This document shows, piece after piece, positions 8,990-15,658 of a stretch of 56,721 nt of DNA. The stretch is from the NCBI GenBank assembly GCA_964554445.1, contig CAZKOS010000003.1:13399-70119 (forward strand). Direction: 5' to 3'. The translations under genes and the position numbers were made by a program. A model generated the notes under the pieces. It was not told where the DNA came from, did no database searches, and was given only the letters and a program-made list of their open reading frames with translations. Origin of the DNA: an uncultured Spirochaetaceae bacterium. Its GTDB lineage: Bacteria > Spirochaetota > Spirochaetia > SZUA-6 > RPPD01. Positions within the stretch are counted from its first letter, which is position 1. Each line of letters opens with the position of its first letter.

Positions 8990-10336
8990 TTACGACGGGG
9001 CTTTCTCCCTGGTCAACTGCTCGAAGCGCGTGTACTCGGGGATGAAAGCGAGCTTCATGGTGCCCACCGGGCCGTTGCGCTGCTTGGCGATGATGAGCTC
9101 CGTCTCGACGTCATTGGTCATGTCATCCGCGAATTTGTCGCTCATCCGTTCCCGGTGCAGGAAAATAACGACGTCGGCGTCCTGCTCAATGGAGCCGGAC
9201 TCGCGCAAATCCGCCAGGGACGGCCGCTTGCCTTCCGTTTCGCGCTTTACCTGCGAAAGCGCGACGACGGGAACGTCGAGCTCGCGGGCGAGCGCTTTGA
9301 GCGAGCGTGAGATTTCGGCAATCTGTTCGTGGCGCGGAATGTCGGTGTTTTCCGCCTGGATGAGCGTCAGATAATCGATGAAGATGATCTGGATTTTGTG
9401 CTGAAACTTCATGCGGCGCGCCAGGGCGCGCAGGTCGAGCAGCTTCAGATTGGGCATGTCCTCGATGTACAGTTCGGCCTCGTAGATTTTTCCCGCCGCC
9501 TCGGTGATGGAATGGAAGTCGGCGGGGCGAAGCAGACCGCTGCGGAGCTTTCGGGAGCTCAATCGCGCCTCGCTCGAGAGCAGGCGCTGAATGAGCGCCA
9601 TGCCCGACATTTCGAGCGTGAAAAAACCGACCGGCCGGTGTTGCGCAATCGACATGTTGGCGGCCATGGAAAGCGCCAATGCGGTTTTTCCGACCGAAGG
9701 CCGGGCGCCGATGACGATGAACTCGGATTTTTGGAAACCGGAGGTGAGCTCGTCGAGCACGTCGAAGCCCGAGGGAATGCCGGTGTAGCTTTCCTTGCGG
9801 TGGTAGCCGCGTTCAATGGCCTCGATGGTCTTCGGGACGAGCTCGCGGGCGGCGAAGAAGGAGCCGGTGCTCTGCCGTTCGGTGAGCTCGAAAATCCCCT
9901 GTTCCGTTTCTTCGATGAGCAGGCGCACGTCGAGCGTTTCCTCGTGGGTTTTCGCGATCACCTCGGAGGCAATGCGCGACAACCTGCGGCGGATGCTGCA
10001 CTCCTGCACGATCTTCGCGTAATATTCGACATTGGCGCTCGTCGGGACCTTCGAGGTGAGCGATGAGATGTAGGCCACCCCGCCCGCCTGGTCGAGCGCA
10101 TTGGACGATTTCAGCTCTTCGGTCAGGGTGATGAGGTCGACCGCTTCCCCGCGGTTGAAAAGGTCGAGCAGGGATTGAAAAATACGCTTGTGGGCCCCTT
10201 TGTAAAAATCATCGGAACGCAGGTAGCGGATAACGAGGGTGATCGCTTCCGGCTCGATGAGAACGGCTCCGAGAGTCGCCTGTTCGGCTTCGTCATGGTG
10301 AGGAGGAATTTTATCCTTGAGCGCGGCCTCTGACAC
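8990..10336 (-). CDS. dnaB: replicative DNA helicase
   Basis: N-terminal PPHHDEAEQATLGAVL, Walker A GARPSVGKTALAL, IIFIDYLTLI, and SRSLKALARELDVPVVALSQV. 448 aa, no intein-sized insertion. Confidence 0.95.
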   Translation of the reverse strand: MSEAALKDKIPPHHDEAEQATLGAVLIEPEAITLVIRYLRSDDFYKGAHKRIFQSLLDLFNRGEAVDLITLTEELKSSNALDQAGGVAYISSLTSKVPTSANVEYYAKIVQECSIRRRLSRIASEVIAKTHEETLDVRLLIEETEQGIFELTERQSTGSFFAARELVPKTIEAIERGYHRKESYTGIPSGFDVLDELTSGFQKSEFIVIGARPSVGKTALALSMAANMSIAQHRPVGFFTLEMSGMALIQRLLSSEARLSSRKLRSGLLRPADFHSITEAAGKIYEAELYIEDMPNLKLLDLRALARRMKFQHKIQIIFIDYLTLIQAENTDIPRHEQIAEISRSLKALARELDVPVVALSQVKRETEGKRPSLADLRESGSIEQDADVVIFLHRERMSDKFADDMTNDVETELIIAKQRNGPVGTMKLAFIPEYTRFEQLTREKAPS

Positions 10337-10378
10337 GGAGGGACTGCTCCCGGTAAGAAAAATATGGCGAGGGAGTGC

Positions 10379-11041
10379 TTACCGGCTTTCCGATTCTTCC
10401 GGGGCGGCGGCGGCTTCTTCCTCTGCGGTTGACGGCGCCGTTTCCCCGGCGGCCGCAGGTTCCCCGGCGGACGGCGGTTCGACGTGAGCCGTTTCCTCTT
10501 CGGTCTGGACCTTCGCACGGGATTTCCCGCGCTCGCCCCTGCCGACTCTGTCCTTTTTCTCGGCCTGCTCCTCGGCCTTGACTTCCTGAGCCTTGATGAC
10601 GACTTTGAGCGAGGCCTCTTCGTCGCCGTACAGTTTCACCGCCACGGTATAGTCGCCGACCATCTTCAGGTGATGATCCGGCACGTCGATCTTCTTCCGT
10701 TCGAGGGAGAAGCCGCGACGCTGGAGTTCCTCGGCGATATGGCCGTTGGTGATGGAGCCGAAAAGCTTTCCGTTTTCGCCGGCCTGCAGCGTAAAAAGGA
10801 TTTCTTCCTTTTCGAGACGTTCCTTCAGATCGCGGGCCTGGACCTTTTTCTCTTCCTTGCGCTTTTCGATTTTACGCTTTTTTTGGTTCAAAATCGTCAG
10901 CGTATGATCGGTGTACAACACCGCCATTTTTTTAGGGAAGAGATAGTTCCTGGCGTAACCCGCCGAGACGTCTCGAATATCGCCCTCTTCGCCGACGTTA
11001 AGCACGTCCTGGTTCATGATGATTTTGACTTTCTTTCCCAT
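10379..11041 (-). CDS. rplI: 50S ribosomal protein L9 with ~70-aa low-complexity C-terminal extension
   Basis: ATG at 11041 (MGKKVKIIMNQDVLNVGEEGDIRDVSAGYARNYLFPKKMA). The canonical L9 ends near residue 150 and is followed by an E/A/K-rich tail. The track ORF start at 11170 is upstream read-through. Confidence 0.9.
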   Translation of the reverse strand: MGKKVKIIMNQDVLNVGEEGDIRDVSAGYARNYLFPKKMAVLYTDHTLTILNQKKRKIEKRKEEKKVQARDLKERLEKEEILFTLQAGENGKLFGSITNGHIAEELQRRGFSLERKKIDVPDHHLKMVGDYTVAVKLYGDEEASLKVVIKAQEVKAEEQAEKKDRVGRGERGKSRAKVQTEEETAHVEPPSAGEPAAAGETAPSTAEEEAAAAPEESESR

Positions 11042-11082
11042 CCTGTTCTCTCCTCCGTCAGTGAAATAGCGGACCGAACCCT

Positions 11083-11490
11083 TCAGCCCTGTTGGGAAAC
11101 GTACGGCAGGGTGGCGATGGCACGGGCGCGTTTGATGGCCTGGGCGATTTTCCGCTGGTGCTTGGCGCACGCGCCGGTGATTCTCCGCGGCAGGATCTTC
11201 CCGCGTTCGGAAACGTATTTGCGGAGCGTGGCGGCGTCTTTATAATCGATTTTCATCTTTCCGATACACGCTTTGCATACCTTTTTCTTGAAAAAAGGAC
11301 GACCGCGCCCCCGGGAAGGATATCGATTTTCTCCGTCGCGGTCCTTATCCCTGTTGTCCCTGTTGTCGCGAGAATCCCTGTTGTCGCGAGAATCGCGGCT
11401 GTCGCGGGAATCCCTGTTATCGCGTGAATCGCGGTTGTCGCGATCCTTGGTTTCTTTTTCTTCCTTTTTTTCAACTTCCTGGTCAGACAT
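11083..11490 (-). CDS. rpsR: 30S ribosomal protein S18 with ~55-aa repeat-containing N-terminal extension
   Basis: The C-terminal 75 aa ([50 protein letters not shown]) is canonical S18. The N-terminus is [37 protein letters not shown]. Confidence 0.9.
   Translation of the reverse strand: MSDQEVEKKEEKETKDRDNRDSRDNRDSRDSRDSRDNRDSRDNRDNRDKDRDGENRYPSRGRGRPFFKKKVCKACIGKMKIDYKDAATLRKYVSERGKILPRRITGACAKHQRKIAQAIKRARAIATLPYVSQQG
11341..11446 (-). repeat. in-frame imperfect tandem repeat (18-bp unit x4, preceded by 9-bp units) inside the rpsR 5' region
   Basis: + strand units: gcgagaatccctgttgtc (11368-11385), gcgagaatcgcggctgtc (11386-11403), gcgggaatccctgttatc (11404-11421), gcgtgaatcgcggttgtc (11422-11439). 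They encode the hexapeptide repeat RD(S/N)RD(S/N). Confidence 0.85.
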
Positions 11491-11515
11491 GCCTTATTCC
11501 TCCTCAAAACCGCCT

Positions 11516-11537
11516 GAACACCCGCCGGCGGGCGTTC
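11516..11537 (-). other. stem-loop between ssb and rpsR
   Basis: On the - strand RNA, gaacgcccg-CCGG-cgggtgttc forms a 9-bp stem. The single DNA mismatch becomes a G-U pair. It is followed by aggcggtttt and then the rpsR SD GAGGAGGA. Confidence 0.3.
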
Positions 11538-11578
11538 TCACAATATATACCGTTCCTTCCATGAAACGATTTTCGGGC

Positions 11579-12001
11579 TTAAAACGGGATATCGTCTTCA
11601 AAATTGTCTTTCGCAGGACCGGAAGCGCCGCCCGCCGCCTCGGATTCCGTCCGGGGTGCTCCCTGTCTGTCGTTTCTGCCTCCGCCGAGCAATTGAACGT
11701 TATTGGCGACGATTTCCACCTTGCTCCTCGGCTGGCCGTCCTGCTCCCATTTGCTCTGCCGCAGCTCGCCTTCGATACCGACCTGTTTCCCCTTGACCAG
11801 ATACTGGGAGATCGCTTCACCCATTTTCCCCCAGATGGTGACGTCGAAGAAACTGGCTTCGTCCGTCCATTGCTCGTCGACTTTTCTTCTCCGGTTGACG
11901 GCGATTGATAATTTACAGATCGGGGTGCCGGTATTCGTATATTTCATTTCAGCGTCCCTGGTGAGACGCCCGATGAGAACGACATGATTAATATCCGCCA
12001 T
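11579..12001 (-). CDS. ssb: single-stranded DNA-binding protein
   Basis: OB-fold N-terminus NHVVLIGRLTRDAEMKYTNTG, a Gly-rich linker and the acidic tip FEDDIPF. Confidence 0.95.
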   Translation of the reverse strand: MADINHVVLIGRLTRDAEMKYTNTGTPICKLSIAVNRRRKVDEQWTDEASFFDVTIWGKMGEAISQYLVKGKQVGIEGELRQSKWEQDGQPRSKVEIVANNVQLLGGGRNDRQGAPRTESEAAGGASGPAKDNFEDDIPF

Positions 12002-12028
12002 TTTTTCCTCCTCGCGAAATTCGCTCGT

Positions 12029-12310
12029 TTACTTATTTTGACGAATAAACATGAATTTGAGAACCTCGGATTTGATTTTCAACGCCTTTTCGAGCGCGAC
12101 CAGGCTCTGCGGCGGAGCCTCCAATTCGAAAAACAGGTATTTCCCCCTGCGGTTTTTCTTGATCGGGTAGCTGAGGTCCAATTCGCCTTTATTTTCTTCC
12201 TTCAGGATTTTAATCCCATTGGATTCGAATTCTTGCTTGAGAATGGCCGCGCCTTTTTCGAAAAGCTCGGAAGCAGATTGCAGGATGAATGTCGCCTCGT
12301 ACGTATACAT
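12029..12310 (-). CDS. rpsF: 30S ribosomal protein S6
   Basis: ATG at 12310 preceded by GAAGGAGGA. MYTYEATFILQ start typical of S6. 93 aa. The track ORF start at 12421 is upstream read-through. Confidence 0.9.
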   Translation of the reverse strand: MYTYEATFILQSASELFEKGAAILKQEFESNGIKILKEENKGELDLSYPIKKNRRGKYLFFELEAPPQSLVALEKALKIKSEVLKFMFIRQNK

Positions 12311-12392
12311 GGATCCTCCTTCTGGTCTGAATGATCCACCGCATGACGGAGAAAGCGATTTTCTGCGTATCGATGGATAAAGAGGCTGCGTT

Positions 12393-12421
12393 ACAATACT
12401 CGTATTTTTGACGGATGTCAA
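12393..12421 (-). promoter_or_regulatory. candidate sigma70-type promoter of the rpsF operon
   Basis: - strand TTGACA (12421-12416), 17-nt spacer, TATTGT (12398-12393). Predicts a ~75-nt leader before the rpsF ATG. Confidence 0.45.
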
Positions 12422-12560
12422 GTGGACGACGGATCTTCCGATAATGGTAGTATGCCCGGAAAGCCATGCTCTGTCGGGTATTTCCTATTTATAGTTCTTT
12501 GTCATACCGCGATGTATCCCAATCTCGGCCTGACAAATCAAAACGATCGAGTAGAGCGAT

Positions 12561-13016
12561 ATGATCAGCATCATCCATTATGAAGACGACATTTTCTACC
12601 TGACGGCGATCGTAAAACGGTTGTCGGACGGAGTCAAGCTGGAGCTCGACACGTCTCTCTTCCTCAATAAAGTGCTTGAAGAAATCGCCTTTCTTTCAAG
12701 ATCGATCGAATATTTCATGGATTCGCTCAAATCCACCAAATTGAAGGTCAATCGGTTGAATTATCTCAAGAGCGTGTACAAGCTCAATAAACTGTTCGTG
12801 GAGCTGCTCAATTCCGTCCTGACGGAACAGGTGCCGTTCTCGAAAAATCTCAAAAATCATTTTCCGCATCTGGCCGGCCTCAGAGACCGCCACATTGAGC
12901 ATGAAACGGCCGTCAAGGAAGCCCTCCATCTCGGAATGGGGCCGTCCGGCCAGGAACACGAGGTCTTGTCCGAAGAGGAATACAAGATTCTTCTCTCTCC
13001 CGACGAAGACGAATGA
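12561..13016 (+). CDS. hypothetical small all-helical protein
   Basis: 151 aa. Leu/Lys/Glu-rich heptad-like sequence with an acidic tail (EEEYKILLSPDEDE). No family recognised. Contains LRDRHIEHE (R-x5-H). Visibly AT-richer than its neighbours (40-57% GC in four 60-nt lines I counted). No clear SD. Confidence 0.55.
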   Translation: MISIIHYEDDIFYLTAIVKRLSDGVKLELDTSLFLNKVLEEIAFLSRSIEYFMDSLKSTKLKVNRLNYLKSVYKLNKLFVELLNSVLTEQVPFSKNLKNHFPHLAGLRDRHIEHETAVKEALHLGMGPSGQEHEVLSEEEYKILLSPDEDE

Positions 13017-13123
13017 CGGGAAGGCCGTCGGCGGAGACAAGAACACGGCGCAGTATTTTCGATGAGAAATATTTTACCGGTGCGCCGGTTGAAAAACCGC
13101 CGTTTCGGTCGCCGGTGAAAAAT

Positions 13124-13152
13124 TTGCATTTAATCGATGTTTATAGTATAAA
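13124..13152 (+). promoter_or_regulatory. candidate sigma70-type promoter ending 12 nt before the ATG of the first cyclase-like gene
   Basis: TTGCAT (13124-13129), 17-nt spacer, TATAAA (13147-13152). ATG at 13165 with no SD in between. Confidence 0.4.
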
Positions 13153-13164
13153 TACAATGGTTTC

Positions 13165-14088
13165 ATGATGAAAATACCTTCAAAATTTCAACGACTCATC
13201 GTGAATGCTCTTTCACAATCCGTGTCCGTCCAGACCATGGTCCGGCTCGCCAAAATGTGCGATCCCTATTACGACCTGTACGAGCGCACCGGATTCCCCC
13301 CCACCATTCCCATCCCGACCATCGACGCGGCCAACCAGATCACCCAGGATATCATCCGCGAGGGGCACCTGATCGACTTCGTTGAGCACATGATCGACGT
13401 CGACACGAACGGGCTGATGGGGAAAAAAACGAATTTCAGATTTTTGTCACGCATCATCAAGGAACTGGACGATTTCGGCTACACCTACGACGAGCGGGAA
13501 AACGCGTTCGTCGAGAAGATAGACGTAAAAAAGACCGCCCATTGGGGCGTTCTCCAGGAGGGAAAGACCTACGAGCTGACGTTTCTCATGTTCGACATCG
13601 TCAAGAATTCGGAGCTGGTGCGGAGATACGAGCAGGAGGTGATCACCCAAACGTATCGAAACCTGCGCGATATTTTCTTTCGAAACGTCGAAAAAAGAAA
13701 CGGCCGGGTGTGGACCTGGGAAGGGGACGGCGGCATCGGCGCCTTTTACTTCGACAATAAAAACGTGAAAGCGGTGCTGAGCGGCGTCGAAATCATGCTG
13801 GATCTCTTTTTTTACAATATCCTGAAAAATCCATTGCACGATCAGCTGAAGGTCCGCATCGCCGTTCATACCGGCCCGTGCCTGTTCAGTTCGCACCTGG
13901 AAAAAATCGAAAGCGATACGCTGCGCACCCTGGAAACGGTGAGCGACGAATTCACCCTCCCCGACACCATGACCATCTCTCCCAGCGTGTATTCCGACAT
14001 GGGGAGCAAGCTCGAGCTGTTCTTCAAGCCGTTTCCGCTGAAAAACGGCAAGCACCTCTATCGCTACCAGTTCGAGTGGGAGGAATAA
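13165..14088 (+). CDS. class III nucleotidyl cyclase-like protein (unknown N-terminal domain + cyclase-homology domain)
   Basis: The C-terminal ~170 aa follow the class III cyclase pattern: LTFLMFDIVKNSEL (beta1 Asp), GRVWTWEGDGGIGAFYF (G-D loop) and LKVRIAVHTGPCLF. Arg254 sits where the catalytic Asn normally is. Confidence 0.6.
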   Translation: MMKIPSKFQRLIVNALSQSVSVQTMVRLAKMCDPYYDLYERTGFPPTIPIPTIDAANQITQDIIREGHLIDFVEHMIDVDTNGLMGKKTNFRFLSRIIKELDDFGYTYDERENAFVEKIDVKKTAHWGVLQEGKTYELTFLMFDIVKNSELVRRYEQEVITQTYRNLRDIFFRNVEKRNGRVWTWEGDGGIGAFYFDNKNVKAVLSGVEIMLDLFFYNILKNPLHDQLKVRIAVHTGPCLFSSHLEKIESDTLRTLETVSDEFTLPDTMTISPSVYSDMGSKLELFFKPFPLKNGKHLYRYQFEWEE

Positions 14089-14089
14089 G

Positions 14090-15064
14090 GTGGAGGCGCT
14101 TTTTTTCACCGATTCTCCCGAGGTCGAGAAAATCCTGATCAAAAATCGGCTTGTTCCGCGCGGGCTGAGCCAGCTGCGGTCCCAGCTGGCCGGTTTGACC
14201 GAACCGGGGTTGGTGTACGTCGACGCCGCCTCCTGGAAAGGAAGTCCCGAAAATCTGATCGCTGCGGCGGGTAAATCGAAATACGCGTTTCTCGGCATCA
14301 TCGATTCGAACGGATCGGTAAAGAACCCGATCCCGCTCATGCACAAGGGAATCGTCGATTACATCGGCCAAAAGGACATGGCGGCGGAATTGAATAAAGG
14401 CCGCTGCGCCAAAGTCGTCGCCTATATCAAGCGGTACCGCGGTGATTTCCAGATGCCTTCTCCCCTGACGAAAAAGAAAACGGCGAACGGAGAGGAATTC
14501 ATCCCGGTGGCGGGCGGCTGGCGGGAGGTGAAACTCGGGAAAAAACACACCTTCGCGATCGTATTCATCGAACTGGACGAGCGCGAAGAAATGGAAAAGC
14601 GATACGGGAACAAAAATCTTCGAAACGCCCTGCTCGTGTTCAGGAAATACGTCGAAAAAAACGTCCTCGCCTTCGGGGGGAAGATGTGGATCTGGTCCCA
14701 ATACGGCGGCATCCTCCTGTTTCCCTTCACCGCGGGCGATTGCAGCGCCGTGCTCTGCGCTTTTCGGATCGTGATGTACAAATACCTGCACGACGTCGAA
14801 GAATCGCACTTCCCCAATTTCATTTCTTTCCGCATCGCGGGTCACCTCGGCAACCTGGTGTATCAGGAAAAAAACAAAGGTGAGGTCGTTTCGGATTCTC
14901 TCAACACGATTTTCCACCTCGGCCAGGAATTCGCGGAGCCAGGTTGTTTTTACCTGACGGAAGACATTTTTCAATTTGCGCCCCCGATCGTCAGGGAATA
15001 CTTCAGGGAATCCGGACAATTCGAAGGCCGGACCGTGTACCGGATGCGCATGCCGGTGTTGTGA
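14090..15064 (+). CDS. receiver-like domain fused to a degenerate class III cyclase-like domain (paralog of the upstream gene)
   Basis: GTG 1 nt after the upstream TAA. The N-terminal ~120 aa are CheY-like (LVYVDAAS, GIVDYIGQK). The C-terminal domain aligns to the upstream protein (GGKMWIWSQYGGILLFPF, SFRIAGHLGNLVY, VSDSLNTIFHLGQEFAEPG). Both metal-binding Asp positions are replaced (Glu161, Tyr205). Confidence 0.6.
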   Translation: MEALFFTDSPEVEKILIKNRLVPRGLSQLRSQLAGLTEPGLVYVDAASWKGSPENLIAAAGKSKYAFLGIIDSNGSVKNPIPLMHKGIVDYIGQKDMAAELNKGRCAKVVAYIKRYRGDFQMPSPLTKKKTANGEEFIPVAGGWREVKLGKKHTFAIVFIELDEREEMEKRYGNKNLRNALLVFRKYVEKNVLAFGGKMWIWSQYGGILLFPFTAGDCSAVLCAFRIVMYKYLHDVEESHFPNFISFRIAGHLGNLVYQEKNKGEVVSDSLNTIFHLGQEFAEPGCFYLTEDIFQFAPPIVREYFRESGQFEGRTVYRMRMPVL

Positions 15065-15220
15065 CGTCTCCTCCCGTCACCCGGGGAAACGGTTCCCCTC
15101 CCGGCGCGGCGGCGGTCATATTGATGTCGCGGTTTTTTTATGATAAACATGAAACGAACAAACTGTAAATGTCCCGGCCGGCTGCCGTCATTCGGGCGGA
15201 AAAGGATGAGTGACTAGAAA

Positions 15221-15649
15221 ATGAAAATAATCGCCGTGAAGTGGGCCCTGGGCGTCGCGAACGCCCTCGCGCTCGCGTCCATCGCCTTTTTATTCGTTTT
15301 GGCCTTTATTTTCCCGCGGCAGGGAACCCGCTGGATCATCTTTTCGGCGATTTCGCTTCTCTTCATCGGAATGATGCTGGTCTTCATCCATTTTTTGGAA
15401 AGAAAAAGCGAGAACCATCAATTCGCTCTGGCCGCCCTCCATCGATTTTTCTCGGTGACGATCAAATACGTGCTGACGGCCTGCGGTTTGGCGGCTTTTT
15501 TGGCCTCGGTGGGATTTTTTATTTTCAGCGGAAACATGAATTTTCTCCTGAACAGCGGATGCTTTATCGCGTTTACCATGATCATCATCCTCGTGGAATT
15601 GTTCATCCGCATTATCCTGCCGCTGGCGGGCGTCGATCAGGGCGCATAG
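15221..15649 (+). CDS. hypothetical small integral membrane protein (about 4 TM helices)
   Basis: 142 aa, four hydrophobic stretches (ALGVANALALASIAFLFVLAFIF, WIIFSAISLLFIGMMLVFIHF, VLTACGLAAFLASVGFFIF, CFIAFTMIIILVELFIRIILPL). No soluble domain. Confidence 0.6.
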   Translation: MKIIAVKWALGVANALALASIAFLFVLAFIFPRQGTRWIIFSAISLLFIGMMLVFIHFLERKSENHQFALAALHRFFSVTIKYVLTACGLAAFLASVGFFIFSGNMNFLLNSGCFIAFTMIIILVELFIRIILPLAGVDQGA

Positions 15650-15658
15650 TCTTTCTTC

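Noticed and set aside
11341-11446. The 18-bp direct repeats as a CRISPR-like or intergenic repeat array.
   Set aside because: The units are contiguous with no spacers. They lie in frame within rpsR and translate into a regular hexapeptide repeat.
15083-15098. GGGGAA-acgg-TTCCCC hairpin, and the downstream T-run (gtcgcggttttttt, about 15125-15145), as a terminator of the cyclase-like genes.
   Set aside because: The 6-bp hairpin is not followed by a U-tract, and I could not find a stable stem preceding the T-run. A terminator is possible but not supportable by eye.
13165-15649. Calling the cyclase-like pair plus 4-TM protein a Pycsar/CBASS-type anti-phage system.
   Set aside because: The membrane protein has no cyclic-nucleotide-binding domain. 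No TIR, nuclease or patatin effector is present. One cyclase copy is degenerate and carries a receiver-like domain, which is typical of housekeeping signalling. The chromosomal context is core genes. Only the generic signal-generator-plus-membrane-protein logic is shared.
12430-15650. Lower GC of the 12.5-15.6 kb cluster as evidence for a horizontally acquired island.
   Set aside because: From hand counts of a few lines (about 40-57% GC there) and inspection by eye, the ribosomal protein cluster, the 5' part of rny and the 905-aa gene look similarly AT-richer. dxr and the flagellar genes look to be about 65-68% (not counted). Composition in this window varies gene by gene and tracks Lys/Glu/Ile content. 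No integrase, tRNA or direct repeats flank the cluster.
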